A DNA stretch of 64,000 bases from Camelus dromedarius. Taxonomy: Eukaryota. The position numbers and the translations under genes were made by a program. The stretch's first letter is position 1. Each line of letters begins with the position of its first letter. The stretch is taken from NCBI RefSeq assembly GCF_036321535.1, contig NC_087438.1, positions 9,178,001 through 9,242,000 of the forward strand. The letters run 5' to 3'. Positions 1-13,151 of this stretch are shown piece by piece. The notes under the pieces were generated by a model. That model did no database searches and was not told where the DNA came from. It was given only the letters and a program-made list of their open reading frames with translations.

Positions 1-1639
1 TTTTTTTAGGAAAAACTATGTGCAGACACTTACCAAATACCTCAGAGCATGTTTGTTTCCCTTCAGCTTCAGTGTCAGCAGGCTAACAGGATTATAGTAC
101 AGCAGATGTGGCATGAAACACTGATTTTCGGTGATACATTCTGCATCTTAATTTATAGTTCATTATCTTTTCTGCAACAAAACTCCATTTGGGTGAGTCC
201 CCAAAGGGAATACAAATATTTTAACAGTTTCTTGTCCCTGACGAGCTTGCTCTGAAACTATGAGCTGATATTTTTACCTTTAACATAATTTATCTCCAAT
301 AAACATAATCAGATGTCTCTTTTCTGATTCTCCTACTAAAAAGACACTTTCTCTTTTAGAATTCTGGACTATAATCAACTTATTCTTGAGCAATTCTCCT
401 GTGTTTAAACCAGATAATTAATATATGATATTTTAACTTTAAAAAGTATTAAATTTTGCAAAGCATTTACCTTTATTTTTGTGGTAAACATTGATATGTA
501 TGGTTGACTGTTTTAGTTAGAATTTTAAATTAAAGTGCTTATTTTTCATGACAGAAAATAGAGTCTATTCCAAAGTATATAGTATGAAATTGTCAAAATG
601 ATTTTACTTCTTTTTTTTTTTCCTATCTGTGGATTCTCTCTTTTCTTTTGTATTATTACTAGAATGATGCAGCATAAAATCAATAACCAATTGTCATGCT
701 GTGGTCATGACATTCGGAGTTTAATTTCCTATTTATTTTTTACTTCTTTTAACAAATATCAGACACAAAAAACACTGGAAAATATCTATGAATCAAAATA
801 TAATCTAAAACTGAGACAGACCTAATATTGACACCAAATATCTGTAATCACCTCTTACCTGGTTTTTCTCTATTTTAGCTTTCACTAATATTCAACACAT
901 TGAAAACAGAAGACCTTTCTAAAACAGACAAAATAATTTTACTTTCTGTAAGTAAAAATCTTAAGTGAACATTAGTTGCTCTATTGGTAATAAATCAAGC
1001 CTGTCATGAAGACATACCCCATCCCACAGAAGTTAGATCAGACTTCCCTTACAAGCTCATCTCTCTTCACTGAACTCTTGTGTATTTATTTCTTTCCACT
1101 TTTCCCATGTTACCCCATATTTTCCTGTTTGATTATCACAGCAACTTTGTATTAAGTATTATAATACTCTCCATTAAAAGACAAAGCATTATTAGGTCAA
1201 CCTTTGAGTGACATGTCCAAAAAGATCACACCACTAAGAAATTATAACACCGGGATTCTATTACCTTCTCGGTCACTGAAGAAGCAGTTCCTTTATGTTC
1301 TAGATATCAACATAAGTCATCTCTGCCGAGGTAGCATAGCAAGTGTTCAGGGCACCTTAGGCTTCATAAGTCAAACAGATTTTGATACTTTCTTTCCAGC
1401 ATGTAACTCAGGGTTTCTTGAGCTCAGATACTGCATACAAATCAGTAGTCTCTGTTCTTTTAGACATGAACTTCATCCTTGGCTATTCTAGAATTCCATC
1501 TCACTGAGATCAATGGTAGACACAACCATGGAAAAATAATCATTTGATGCATGCAGGTGTAGAAGAGATATTATAGTATTATTTTTCCCTTTAAAAATGT
1601 CATTTATATTTTATCTTTTCTACAATTCGTATGCCATTA

Positions 1640-1810
1640 GTTATCTCTCTCTTCCTTTCACTTTCTCTTTTTCTTTTTTCTTCCTTTCCTCCTCCCTCCC
1701 TCCTTTCTTTCTTTCTTTTTCTTTCTTATCTCTTTCTCTCTCCATTTTTCCCTTCCTTCTTTCTTTTTTCTTCTTTCTATCCCTTTTTTCCCTTTATTTT
1801 TCAATTTTTT
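1640..1810. repeat. Polypyrimidine (CT-rich) low-complexity tract
   Basis: About 170 bp almost entirely C/T (TTTC, CCTT, CTCT units); it explains the F/S/L-rich ORFs at 1597-1873. Confidence 0.9.
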
Positions 1811-1899
1811 CACATACATATATACATACTTTTCATAATAGCTTCAAATTATCATAACAGTTTTAAAAGTTAAATATCCAGTGTTACCTAAAAGATATT

Positions 1900-2065
1900 T
1901 AACAGGGCTTGATCCAAATTTTCTACCAGCTTAGCTGTAAGATTTTGGGTAACTCAACCTCTTCAGGTAAATTTTTTTAATATTACACTTTTTTTTAAAT
2001 AAAGAGAAGAATTAAGTTAGATATGTGGGTTTGTGGTCAGTTCTAGCTGTAAAGTTATATGATTG
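1900..2065 (+). mobile_element. Degenerate MIR SINE fragment
   Basis: MIR-core-like ttagctgtaagattttgggtaactcaacctcttcag and tail-like ttctagctgtaaagttatatgatt. Confidence 0.45.
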
Positions 2066-3766
2066 TAATTTGTATTTTTTAAATAGATCTTATGGGTGAT
2101 TTTCCTTTTTCTGGCAATGTCCCTACCAATTGGCATTTTTAAAAAGCTTTTATACCTCTAGGTAACTGGATTACTCAGTATTGTTGAAACACTTTTAAAT
2201 TAAAGGATTCATTATATTCTCAGAGCATGTAGTTAGAATGCAGAGAAATAACACTCTTGGTTACTCTCAGAGTGTATTCTGTCATTCTTTTCCTAATGTT
2301 AGACTTATTTCATTACAGTTGTAGTAGTCACAAGTAACAATCATAATATTGTCTTTCCAGTTCTTGCTGGTTGTTTTACTCCTACAGATTTTGATATTTG
2401 CTTTGGGTTTTCTAATTTGTCTTTCTTTAATGGTGTAGACTATTTTTTAAGAGAAAATTCTCCTTCCCATCCAATTCTATTGTCAGGACGTTATTTCTTT
2501 CCCGCCCTCCTGCAGGAAGTAGTTGTGCTTTGCCCAAGACTAGGTCAGAGTGTGCTTTCTTTCCCATCTTCCTTCCTTCTGACTACCCATCTTCTCTTCT
2601 CTCCCTCGAGTTAAGGTCATTAAGACATGAGCTGCTGGAACCGAATTCAATTCAGGGGAAAAGAGATAGGAAATTCACCCTCTTTTCTTGTCCAATCAAT
2701 ATTTTCTAGTCTGTTGTACTGGTAATAAAGGTATTATTTTGTAGATATCTTTCTTATGCCCTCTACTTCTCAATTGGTTTAAAATCTAGAAGGGAAGGCA
2801 GTTTGACACAATCTACTTCAGCAGGTCACAGCGAATCTCAGCACAACACCCAATGCTCTTGTGATCCAAGAGCTTTTTCAAAGGATTTAATGTTTAAGAG
2901 GCTTAAATTCCTTAAAAGACTACAAGTGCCCTGAATAAGCCATGATTTATTAAAACATCTTTCTAAGCCCAGCATGATTCTTTCAGGGTCTTGTTTATCG
3001 TAAATGTTCAAATCATATTGGTGAAATAATTAAATTTAGAGAAATAACAAATATTGATAAAAATACAGCATATTCTGTAATTTACTTGGCAAAAGAAAGC
3101 TAATGTATGGTGTTTCTGTTTCAGAAGAGACCTAAAATAGTATTGTGATTATTATACATATATTATTTAAATGCTATTTCCAAGTTAATATGATATTTTG
3201 GTTTTAGTTTAGAACATTTGTTATGTCATCATCATCTTTGCATCACCCATCACATAGATGGTGCACTGAACACTATAGGAACTTAATAAACAATGGCTGG
3301 AATACAGATACTTTTATTTACAAGAGGACTGTGTAAAGTAAACTGAATTGGATATACATTAATTTTCTTCTGTAGTTCATTAAAAAAGCATGGGTAGAAT
3401 ATAGACTCCACTTAACCTTTAAGAATTCTGGCTGGAAGCAAATTTTTATCTCTCTCAGTCAACAAAATTCCACAAAGGGAACAAGGTTGTTCAATATTTA
3501 GATACTTTCTTGTGCTTTAGTTACACAAACAAAAGGCCAACAGCTGTTTATAAATCTCTTTAGCATTAAATTCTGGCTTAAGGAAATCAAATTTCCAACA
3601 CAGAGAACTCCATCCCTGGGAGGTCACTTAATCCAATAGGAATTTGGCGATAGTAACTGACTTCAAGAGTAAGTCCTCAATACGTGCTCATTGACCCTGG
3701 AAAATGTTACAAGAACACGCACTAATGAGGAATTTATCTGGTGAGCAATTAGAACAGAACACTTTT

Positions 3767-3847
3767 GTGGGAGGGCAATAGCTCAGTGGTGGTACGTGCT
3801 TAGCATGCTAGAGGACCTAGGTTCAGTCCCCAGTACCTGCATAAAAA
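3767..3847 (+). mobile_element. Short vic-1-type (tRNA-Ala-derived, camelid) SINE
   Basis: GGGAGGGCAATAGCTCAGTGG (A box) ... GCTTAGCATG ... GGTTCAGTCCCCAGTACC (B box), short A tail; TSD CAGAACAC(T/A)TT at 3755-3765 and 3849-3859. Confidence 0.85.
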
Positions 3848-6800
3848 GCAGAACACATTAGAATCTTGAAATGACTCCCCTCTATTATATAAAATACGAG
3901 GACCGCATCCTTTGGAGATTGTCGGGTAGTAGGTTCTTAAAATCTTATTTTCTGAGATATTATTAAATGTCATTTACTTCTCTCTAAAAGAATCATCATG
4001 ACTGGTTATCATCAGGGGCTCAATACAGCACTTAAAAGATCTCCCCACACCCATTTCTATATAGCTCATTATTCATAATCACAAGGCTCTGTATTAACAC
4101 TTATATTTGCTGTTCTGATATTTCCATATTCAATGAGATGTCCATCATTTAACAGGCAGCCATGACTTTACCCAGATGGCAGGTGCCAGTGACATCAAGG
4201 CCACCAGATTGTAAGCAAAATCAAATGAACATATGGAAGTTGATTTCCAAATAATTCCAGCCCTGCATGCATAGATTTAATATTTATTCTTATTTGGTAG
4301 AATAGCTCAAGGGGAAAAAATATAACATGTCTGAAAAACAGTCAGTTTCATGTTTTTGAAATTATATTGCTTTCAGTAATTTTAATAACTCAATAGATGT
4401 ATTCCATACACATTTTTTTTCAAGAAAATACTTACAAGAAGATTATGCCAGAAAAGAATATAAAAAGAAATCTGTGTTTATGATAAATTGAAGTCACTTA
4501 TTTACTTGTCTTTTTGTTACGTGGAGAAGAGAGAAAAAATTGTTAAGACAACAAAATGAATAATGTAACATGTTTCTATGACTACAAGAACAGACATATC
4601 GAATAGATCCTGTTGTTAGACGTTTGACAAAGTAATAAGCAAAGAAGAAAAATTCGCATCTTAGGTACAAAAGTTTGCGTTAACAATATAAACAGTATAG
4701 TGCACATTCTGAACACTTATGATTTCATTTTGAATAAGGTAACGTTCTAAGTACCGGTAGTAGCTACTCATAAAGAATTTTCTGTTTCATTTCATTTTTA
4801 AACAATGTATAAAAAGGTGTTTAAAGTGAGTATTACAGAAAAAAGTCCTCCTCCTGGAACTCAGATTGACACTTTTATGATCGCTAAGAGTGCTGTGTTG
4901 TGACAACCTATTTCCGTAGGATGGACATGAATGTATTTTTTTCTTTTATCATGATTAATGTAAGACACTAAACTTCTTCACAAAATTGGAAATATTTTCT
5001 TCTCAAGATAATCTGAAAGGTGAGGGCAGGATTATGAAGTGGGGGGAAAAAAGCAGTGTGTTTGGGATGAAAAGATCAGAGTTTGAGTCCTGAATCTCCC
5101 CTTTCATCTGGATCCGCTCCCTTATCTGGGAAATGAATGAGTTGGTCTGAAAAAATGATTTCTCTTCCAACAATGAGTGAATATGTTCCAGATACCAAGC
5201 TGAATCTTCTGTTTTAGAGGTTTCTCACATTCCATGGAGACCATCCAGACAAGCCAAAGCCTTGTTTCTCCAACTATCAAGAAGGACCTGATCAGCCTGC
5301 ACTGTCCACCCTTATTTTATCATCTTCTAAACTCAGCATTAGACTAGAACAGAATGTGGTTAGTCATCATGTTCAGAAAGGCTTTTTCATCCTGGGAGTG
5401 TGAGAGAGCATGTAGCCTGTCTAATCTGTGGGGCTAAGCCCTCCTTCCCATGATTATTCCTAACAGAAAATGCATCATACTGTGTAATAATTATACACCT
5501 ACTTATCTGTCTTTCCTTACTAGACTGCAGATGTCATGAAAATATCGTGGAAAAGACAAAGGTTTCATTTTTACCGCTGAATCCTGAGTACCCCACGCAA
5601 GGAGTCCATGTTTAACGTCTATGTGATGGAGCACTGTGTAGACCAGGACTCAAAGTGTAAGAAGATAATAAAGATTTAATCAGTCTAATGAATGTGAGTC
5701 AATCTTTGGTTTTGGTTCTTCATTGTTCTAAGTATATTTTACACTTGAAGTTTTATTAGTATTGCCTCTATTGATATTTTCACAGACTCATACAAAATAT
5801 AAATTTCCTTAAAATCAACTATCTTTTATCATTAAAATAACCTGTCTACAATGACTTGAGAGTCACTCAGCCAAGAGTAAAGGATGTTGTTCTTTTTAGT
5901 TAAATATAAAAGAAACTTTAAATAGAAGCACTTCAAATGTAACCCAATGCACATTAATTACATACAAATTAGAAATATATTTATATTTTGTTGAACAGTT
6001 ATTTATTTTTTATTGAGTTGTCTTCACAATATTTTTCCATTGGAAAATAAAAACATTGCATGTGATAACATTTAAGAACTTTGATAAAAGGTATTTTAAT
6101 TAGAAAAGAGCTGTTATTAAATTGACATGTTTTTCCTGTGTTGTGAATTGATAGTCTGAGTAATTTATATGTATCTTTCATACCTTACTTATTAATTTCT
6201 ACATAAACTTCATAGGGTTTGGATGTTTTTATTCCTAAATTACATCATCTCTGTGCACCTGAGCCAAACAAATCCCAATGTCTCCAGGTTATTAGACAGA
6301 GTTAGCAAAACACTTGCATCTGTAACACCTGGTGGCAGTAAAACATAAGTGCAGATTGGACTCTTGAAAATTAGTGAAGTCTTTAGCATCTTGAGGATTT
6401 TGGCAACAATAAAAGTGACTACAAAGTGACACAAAGAAACCAAGTGGTGGAAATAGCTAATTTTGCTTCACTAGAGCCACTAAAGATATACAAAAATAAA
6501 TACAATTTTGAGTTATCTCTTTCTGGTCTCCGTGTCATCCTGCTCAATTTTGCACAAGTGAGCTAAAGTGGGGTGAGCAAAGTGTCATAATCAAATGTAG
6601 GAAATACGTATCTTTTTCAATTTTAAGAGAAGCAAAGCATCTTGAGGTATCAGCTTCTGGGAGGTAAAGTAGAAACATGTAAAGAACACCATCAAAATTC
6701 CCATAGCCTGACTCCTGAAGAATCTTGAAGCAGAAAGAAACCAATTTAGTTCTAACTTAATTGGATGAAATTCAAGAGTAATCTATTGCAGACTATACTG

Positions 6801-7194
6801 AAATTACACTGATGTTTGGCATTTACAACATATGTACTTGAACTTCTCAGAAGGCTGATTGTTGCAACCATTTCTCATGCAAATTCACCAGACGCAGAGA
6901 AATGCATGCACTATGGAGTGCAGGGTGTTGGGTCTGGTTCTCAGCCTGTCCCTGCGTAAGGACAGGTCTTTGAACAATTATCATACCAGTTATTTATGCT
7001 TATAAAGTATACAGAGAACACTTAGTATTTCAAAAAACAATTCTGTGTCTTTGAAAAATATCTCTGTCCTGTCTTCTGCTTTCATTAACAGTCATAAGCT
7101 TTTAGTAGATTCTCCCAATTCTTTCTTTTTCCGTATTTTCAAATCCTAGCTTCTCCCTCTTATTTCCTCAGAAATTTTTAAAACAATTTGAGCA

Positions 7195-8435
7195 ATGACC
7201 ACAGTATGCTTACACTTTGAAACAACTCCTTCCATTTTGGAGTTGTTCACTCATTTGGCTTCTATGATATTCATTAGTTTCCTGGCCTTCTCTGCCTCCC
7301 TCCAGTTTCCCTTTCATGGTAATTCTTTAAACATATTTCTCCATTCCTCTCTTTTTGGGTCAATATTAATTACCATCTTTATCGATCACTCCAAAATGTG
7401 TAATTTTCTCCCATGGTGTCCATGAATTTTAAATTTTAATATCCAGCTGCCTGAAGGACATGGGTACCGAGAATATCCTTACGTATTTCTGTATAAATCC
7501 ATGCATACTTGAAATTACCATCTTCTCTCTGAAACATTTCTGTCTGCTTTTATTTCATTTTATCAGTATGTGGCACAATCATCCACACATAAACCCCAGA
7601 AGCTTGGAAGTTGTCCTAGATTTCTCTTCCACCCTAGTTTCTTACCAACTGAAACTCTTTTTCTTAATAGCCTCCACTTCTAAGTCCATTCTACCACCTC
7701 CATGTTTCCTGATACCACACAGGCTCTTCTAAACGCTCCTGAACAATTCTGGTTGAGTTTACCACTGCCTCCCCCTTGTCCCTTCAAATCCACATTTTAC
7801 AGAACTGTCAGGCTGAACTGAATAAAAAAAAAAATAAATGAACACCAACAGATCTCAAAATGAAGTCCGCAGACCAGCATTACCACAATGAACTGGGAAA
7901 TTTTTTGAGATGAAAATCTCAAGCATCATCCCAGAGCCATCAAATCTGAAACCCTATGGATGGGGTCCAGAGTCTCTGTTTTACAAGCTTTTCATGTGAT
8001 TCTGATGCATTTTCAGGTGTGAGAATCAACATTCTGCAACATAAAATCCAGGGCACATACATGTACTTTGTAAGTTCTTCTTTCTTGCAGCTAGGCTGTT
8101 TGTTTTGTCCACCTGAAGCATCCTTGCAATCTTTACTCATCTAAACTCCTCAGTTCAATCATTTGGACGGTTCAGATGTCCTCACTTCCACGACTTCTTT
8201 TCTTACTCCAAAGTTTCTCCGTCTTCCTGACTCCTCTAGTTTTTGGTGCACAGCCTTATATTTTTTTTGCCCCACAGTTTCCATTAGCTACAGTTTCTCC
8301 ATTTTCTAAACTGCATCTCTCTGGGCAAAGAATGGTGTGCTATTTATTTTTGTATTCCCAAAGACTAAGCACACTGTTTACAAATGACAGATAGTCAATA
8401 AGACATTTTCTAATGTACTAAACAAATGAATAAAT
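7195..8435 (+). mobile_element. L2 LINE 3' fragment, interrupted by MER5A
   Basis: L2-like pyrimidine-rich body (tgaccac...tttgaaacaactccttcc; atatccagctgcctg) ending in an L2-like tail ...aaacaaatgaataaat. Confidence 0.7.
7846..8031 (+). mobile_element. MER5A-like hAT-Charlie MITE
   Basis: Diagnostic gaccagcatt...tgggaa...ggatggggtccag...ctgttttacaagc...gtgattctgatgca...tgagaatca; about 185 bp. Confidence 0.8.
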
Positions 8436-9049
8436 TGGATCATGGATCCTGCATCCTTGATACCTTACATCCTTCACGCAGAAGGAAAATGTATACATAC
8501 GCGTAGCTCTAACAGATGTGCACTACTTCCTCTATTATCCCATGAAATTCAGTATCTCTAGGCTTTTGCAGGAAGATGAGACTTTTAAATTTACTTATTC
8601 ACTTTCAGGTTTAAACCTACAGCAACAAAAAATGGCAAAAACATGTCTAAGTAGATGAGAAAGAAGTAACACCACACGAGTACTTTAGCCACAATCTGAC
8701 TTCTAAGGAAACTGACAGAACCATTTCCAATGCAACATGTCAACAGTTCTACTTGGTTCAGCAGAGACCAGGAAAGATCTTGATATTGAAACATGCTTGA
8801 AAACGGAAGGAATGATTTAGTAAAAAAGGGAGAGAATAATTAGGCATAAGAGAATGGCTAACTTAACAAAGAAAACTTTACTGAGTAGATAAAAATGGTG
8901 GTGATCTCAAGGGGAAGTGTAGTGACTTGAGATGAGGAAGACCACTCTGTACTGAGGGCAGAACCAACAGAGAGATGGCAAGACGAGCCCTAGGAATTAG
9001 GACAACTGCACAGATATTGCTGAGAAGGCAATAATAAACACGGTGTACG

Positions 9050-9530
9050 GAGTTTTTACAGTTCGGTATGAGAAAAACATAAAAAACAATCAAGAGATCT
9101 GACTAGGCACTTCACAAAGAGGAAAATTTAAGTTGACTTTGAAACTAATGAAAAAATGCCCAAGCTCAATACGAATAGGAAAATGCCAATAAATTAAAAT
9201 GCCAGAAACACTACAACAAGCAGCCAATGAGCAAAGACTAAGAAATCTCTTATTTTCTAGAGTGGGTGAGGACACAGGGTGACTAAAGCTCCCATCCCTT
9301 GCTTAGAGGAGAACATTTGAATATCAGTAACCAGACCCCAGCAACTGTATCTTCACATATTTGCCAAAAATACTTGCGCATATGTCCACAGTAAATATTC
9401 ACAGTGGCTTTATTTAGAGTAAGTAGCCCCCAAAATGTGAAAACCAATTGCTCACTAATAATAGATTTTAAAATTGTGGTACCATTCTTTTCAAAATTGA
9501 AAAAAAAAAAAGAATTATGCAGACCTCCCT
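9050..9530 (+). mobile_element. Ancient L1 (L1ME-like) ORF2 3' end / 3' UTR fragment
   Basis: aggcacttcacaaagagg...atgaaaaaatgcccaagctca...aaaatgcc...taaattaaaa and atattcacagtggctttatttagagtaag resemble L1M consensus. Confidence 0.65.
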
Positions 9531-12005
9531 GCAAATCACCATTAAATAAATCAGTAAATGCAAATATAAATAAAGATGAAGAGAATGCTCAGGCCTATGG
9601 TCAATGCAATTATTTGACCGCCCCAGTGGGCACTGATTAGTTTAACTGTAGAATGAGTCCTCTTCAGCACTAAGGAAGATGGATTTCTGAGAAGATGGTT
9701 GACACAGAGTAGAGAAGAAAATACAATCTGATCAAGGCAGTCAAGGGAATTTGATATTTTTCCTCCCTCTAATATACCCCCCCAAAAAACCTTACAGTTT
9801 TTAATTTCTGCCCTCCCACCTCCATTCTACCAAGTAAACGGAATGCAAAAGAAAAATATATCACTAACTTTGATTTTCCCTATTTTATAGTACATCCATA
9901 AGATATTTCTCATCACCACACCAAGCCAACCAACCAACCAGCCAACAGACGAAGAAACAAAGTTGAAGTCTGTGCATGAAGAATTCATTCCATGGGAGCC
10001 GGCAAGAAGAATATTCTTTGATCAAAAGTTGCATAGAGTTAGTTCTACATCTGATTCTGGATTCCAGTTCTGTGTTTTTGCTAATCATATAACATAATTC
10101 TTATATTAGAGAGGAGGTAATCGATATTGACTAAATGTCACTATTTCTGATACACGGTGTATTTAAAAATCGTCCTTCGTCTGTGTGGAATTGCTACTCG
10201 GGGCTAGATACAAAACAAGAAAACGTGGAAGAAAGAGAGAAGCAATTTCTCCTCGGTTGTTCTGAAGAGGAAGCAATTAAAGATTTTAAAATCAATGCAC
10301 ATAACATCCACAAAGTAAAACCTCATTAATGGTGCAAAGATGGGGCAGCCAGCATTACCAGAGAAGAACAAGATAGCATTTACCTCTAGAAAAGAAATGA
10401 TGACTCCATCTAACATTTAAAGTTCAATTATCTGAAAATGACTTTAGTTCTTTAACATCCTATAGCAGCGGTTTGGAGAGGAAAAGCTATGTTTTTTAAA
10501 TACTGCTTTCAGTGGGTTTTAAAAGTTGAGCTCTATCAGAGACTTAACAGCTTGAAATGTTAATAGAAGAAGAGAATACAATTGAAGTAAATACAATTTG
10601 TTTTTACATCACAATTTCGTAGGGGAAGGTGCCCCCAAAACAATTATGACTGCAGCTTTCAAACAACAATAACCTTAGGTGGCAGACGGAGCACCTGCGA
10701 AAGCTGTGAAGTCAGGATAAACTTTGACACCACGAAAACAATGGCCTGAAAAGATGAGCAAGAACGTAAAAATGGCAACAACCCTAGCAAGTAATTTGCA
10801 TATAGTGTTTCTGTGTGTATATTTATGTATGTGGCTGAAAAGACATTTTCCTCTCAAATATTTATGGGTACGAAAATGAACATCCCAGTCGGTTTAAATT
10901 ATTTATTTCTGCATTTCCACTTTAAATAAACAGACATCAACCTGCATCTCTCTCCTTTGGTGTAAAAACATTTCATATCCAGAATTAGTTATGGAACACC
11001 AGGCTATAGATTTGCCAAGACTCTCTCTGGCAAGCGAGGATATTTCTAACAAGAGAAATAGCACAGCCCACATCGCTGAAGTCCTTGGTGCCTGAAACAC
11101 ACGTGGTCCAGGGGTTTACCCAGGTACCATTGCTAGAACTGAGGGTACACTGTTTCTCCATTTCCCTTTCTTTGGCTCAGAAGGAGTGGCTTGATTTGGT
11201 AAATCTTCACCTTAAGGAAGTTAAGACTGACCCAGTACACTCACGCATACTTTCCATATTTTCGAATATTTTAACTTCATAAAATTTTGAGATAAAATGC
11301 ACAAAGTAAGAAATTTTAATGGCATATCTGTATATGTACTATTCTCATGAATTAAAATAGTTTGTTTCAAAATAATGAGAATTAGAACTATTAATAGTAA
11401 GAATAATTACAAGGATCAACAGTCATGTATATTAAAGTGAATATAGCTTTCCTTATTAATAAAAAAAATGCCTGTTTCTTTTTGTCTAGTACCATGTAAG
11501 TGTCAAATAAATAGACTAAAATACATTTTATATATATTATGTATATACAAATACGTAAATTTATACATATGTGTATCTAAGTGCTTATATTTGAATCTAT
11601 TTCCATGTGTATCATTTTGACATTGTTTTCAAGTGATTGTTACAGTTTTTGCCCATTTTACTGCTTACTCTGCTGCCTTTTTCTTACCTTATTGTAGACA
11701 CTTCAAAAATATATTCAAGAAACTATATTCTTGAAGTTCTGCAAGACTCTTAGGACAGTAGTAATAAGAATGAAGTTTAAGACGATACTGATGACTTAGG
11801 AAGCAGATTTAAGAGGAACACGGAAGGCTCCCTGTTGAGAGGAGCTGTACTTGATGGGTGCAGTCCTAATTAAATTAAAATGTTGGTGGTATCCTTCATC
11901 CTCCACTTATTGAGTTCCCCCTACACTGAACATTGCAGGCCATTTATTCCAAAAGTTGCCTAAGCCTTAACACTGTCCCTGATCTGGCAACATACCTAAT
12001 GGTTG

Positions 12006-12473
12006 TGTTGTAGATTGATTTATGCCCCTGCAAAAGATATGGTAAAATCCTTACCCATGGTACCTGTGAGTGTGAACATTTTTGGGAACAGGGTTTTTGC
12101 AGGTGTAATTAAGATATCAGTTGAGATGAAGTCATACTGGAGTAAGGTGGGTCCTTACTCCAATATGACAAGTGTCCTTACAGGAAGAGGGGAAGAGGCA
12201 CAAGAAGAGAATCATACAGAGGGGAGGTAGTGTGAACACCCGAGGAAAACGTCAGTGTACAAGGGATGCAGCGATTGTAATGATGTATCTACAGACAAAG
12301 TTGCCAGAAACAGCAGAAGCTGAGAGAAGGCATTAAGTTGATTCTCTAGAGAGCAAGCCTGTCCCTGCCATCTTGATTCCAAACTTCTATCCTCAGAAAT
12401 GTGAGAGAATAGATTTGTTTTAAACCGTTCAGTTTATGATAATTTGTTGCAACTACCACAGGGAAGGAATGTG
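12006..12473 (+). mobile_element. MLT1B/C-like ERVL-MaLR solo LTR
   Basis: TGTTGTAGATTG start, gtacctgtgagtgtgaac...tttgggaacagggtttttgcaggtgtaattaag, gagatgaagtcatactggagtaaggtgggtcct, 3' tgtgagagaatagatttgttttaaacc. Confidence 0.85.
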
Positions 12474-13151
12474 ATAAGAACACATTCCAATATGTTAATT
12501 CAACTCAAATATCTTTTAAAAATACCCTGCAACCTTATGTGTTTAAAACACTGTGGTAATATATGTGCCTCCCATATTACTGAGCAATCCTTTTTTCGAA
12601 TAGATAATTGCTTAAAGCCTGGTGAGATTTTGCTTGATCACCAAAGACACTTTGGGGATGGTGACAATAAAAACAAGGTTGCTTTGACTCTGGATGTTGC
12701 GGAAACAGTCTACTGGGGCAAGTACAGAGGGAAAGTGACAAGATTATGTCAGAAAAGGGAGACGCAGAAAGCTGCTCTCTTTCCGAGAAAGCAAATCTCC
12801 AGGACTTCCATTTCCTCATGGAGACTCTCATTGTGTGCCCAGCAGTGCGACAGTCACTTAGCCGAGATGATGGAACTACAAGGCATAAGTCTCTGAGTTA
12901 AGGAACTCAGTGTCTTCTCTGTCATAAACTTGCAGAAGGTAATCTCAAGAATTTCTATGGCAAATACGTAGACAAATATGTGACTTGCATTTTCTCCTGT
13001 CTTAAACCTTATGCTTTAGTTCCAGGAATCAGTCTGGATCCTACAGCAACACTCCAAGTTAGCCCTTTTCCCCTTGGTATTGGAAACCCTAGTGAATGAC
13101 CTGTTTCTACTCTCCTCAATGGAAGAAAGTTCTAACAGATCGAACTCTTCT

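Noticed and set aside
1597..1873. Hydrophobic F/S/L-rich ORFs resembling membrane proteins
   Set aside because: Translation artefact of the CT-rich low-complexity tract.
3564..3668. Exon-like segment (tctctttag ... AGA|GTAAGT)
   Set aside because: All three frames contain stops and there is no supporting evidence; at most a non-coding exon.
3767..3840. tRNA-Ala gene
   Set aside because: Degenerate arms, A tail and TSD indicate a SINE/retrocopy; the same applies to 33758.
12444..12896. Longest ORF in the window (150 aa)
   Set aside because: Starts at TTG inside an LTR end, has no recognisable domain and no convincing splice context.
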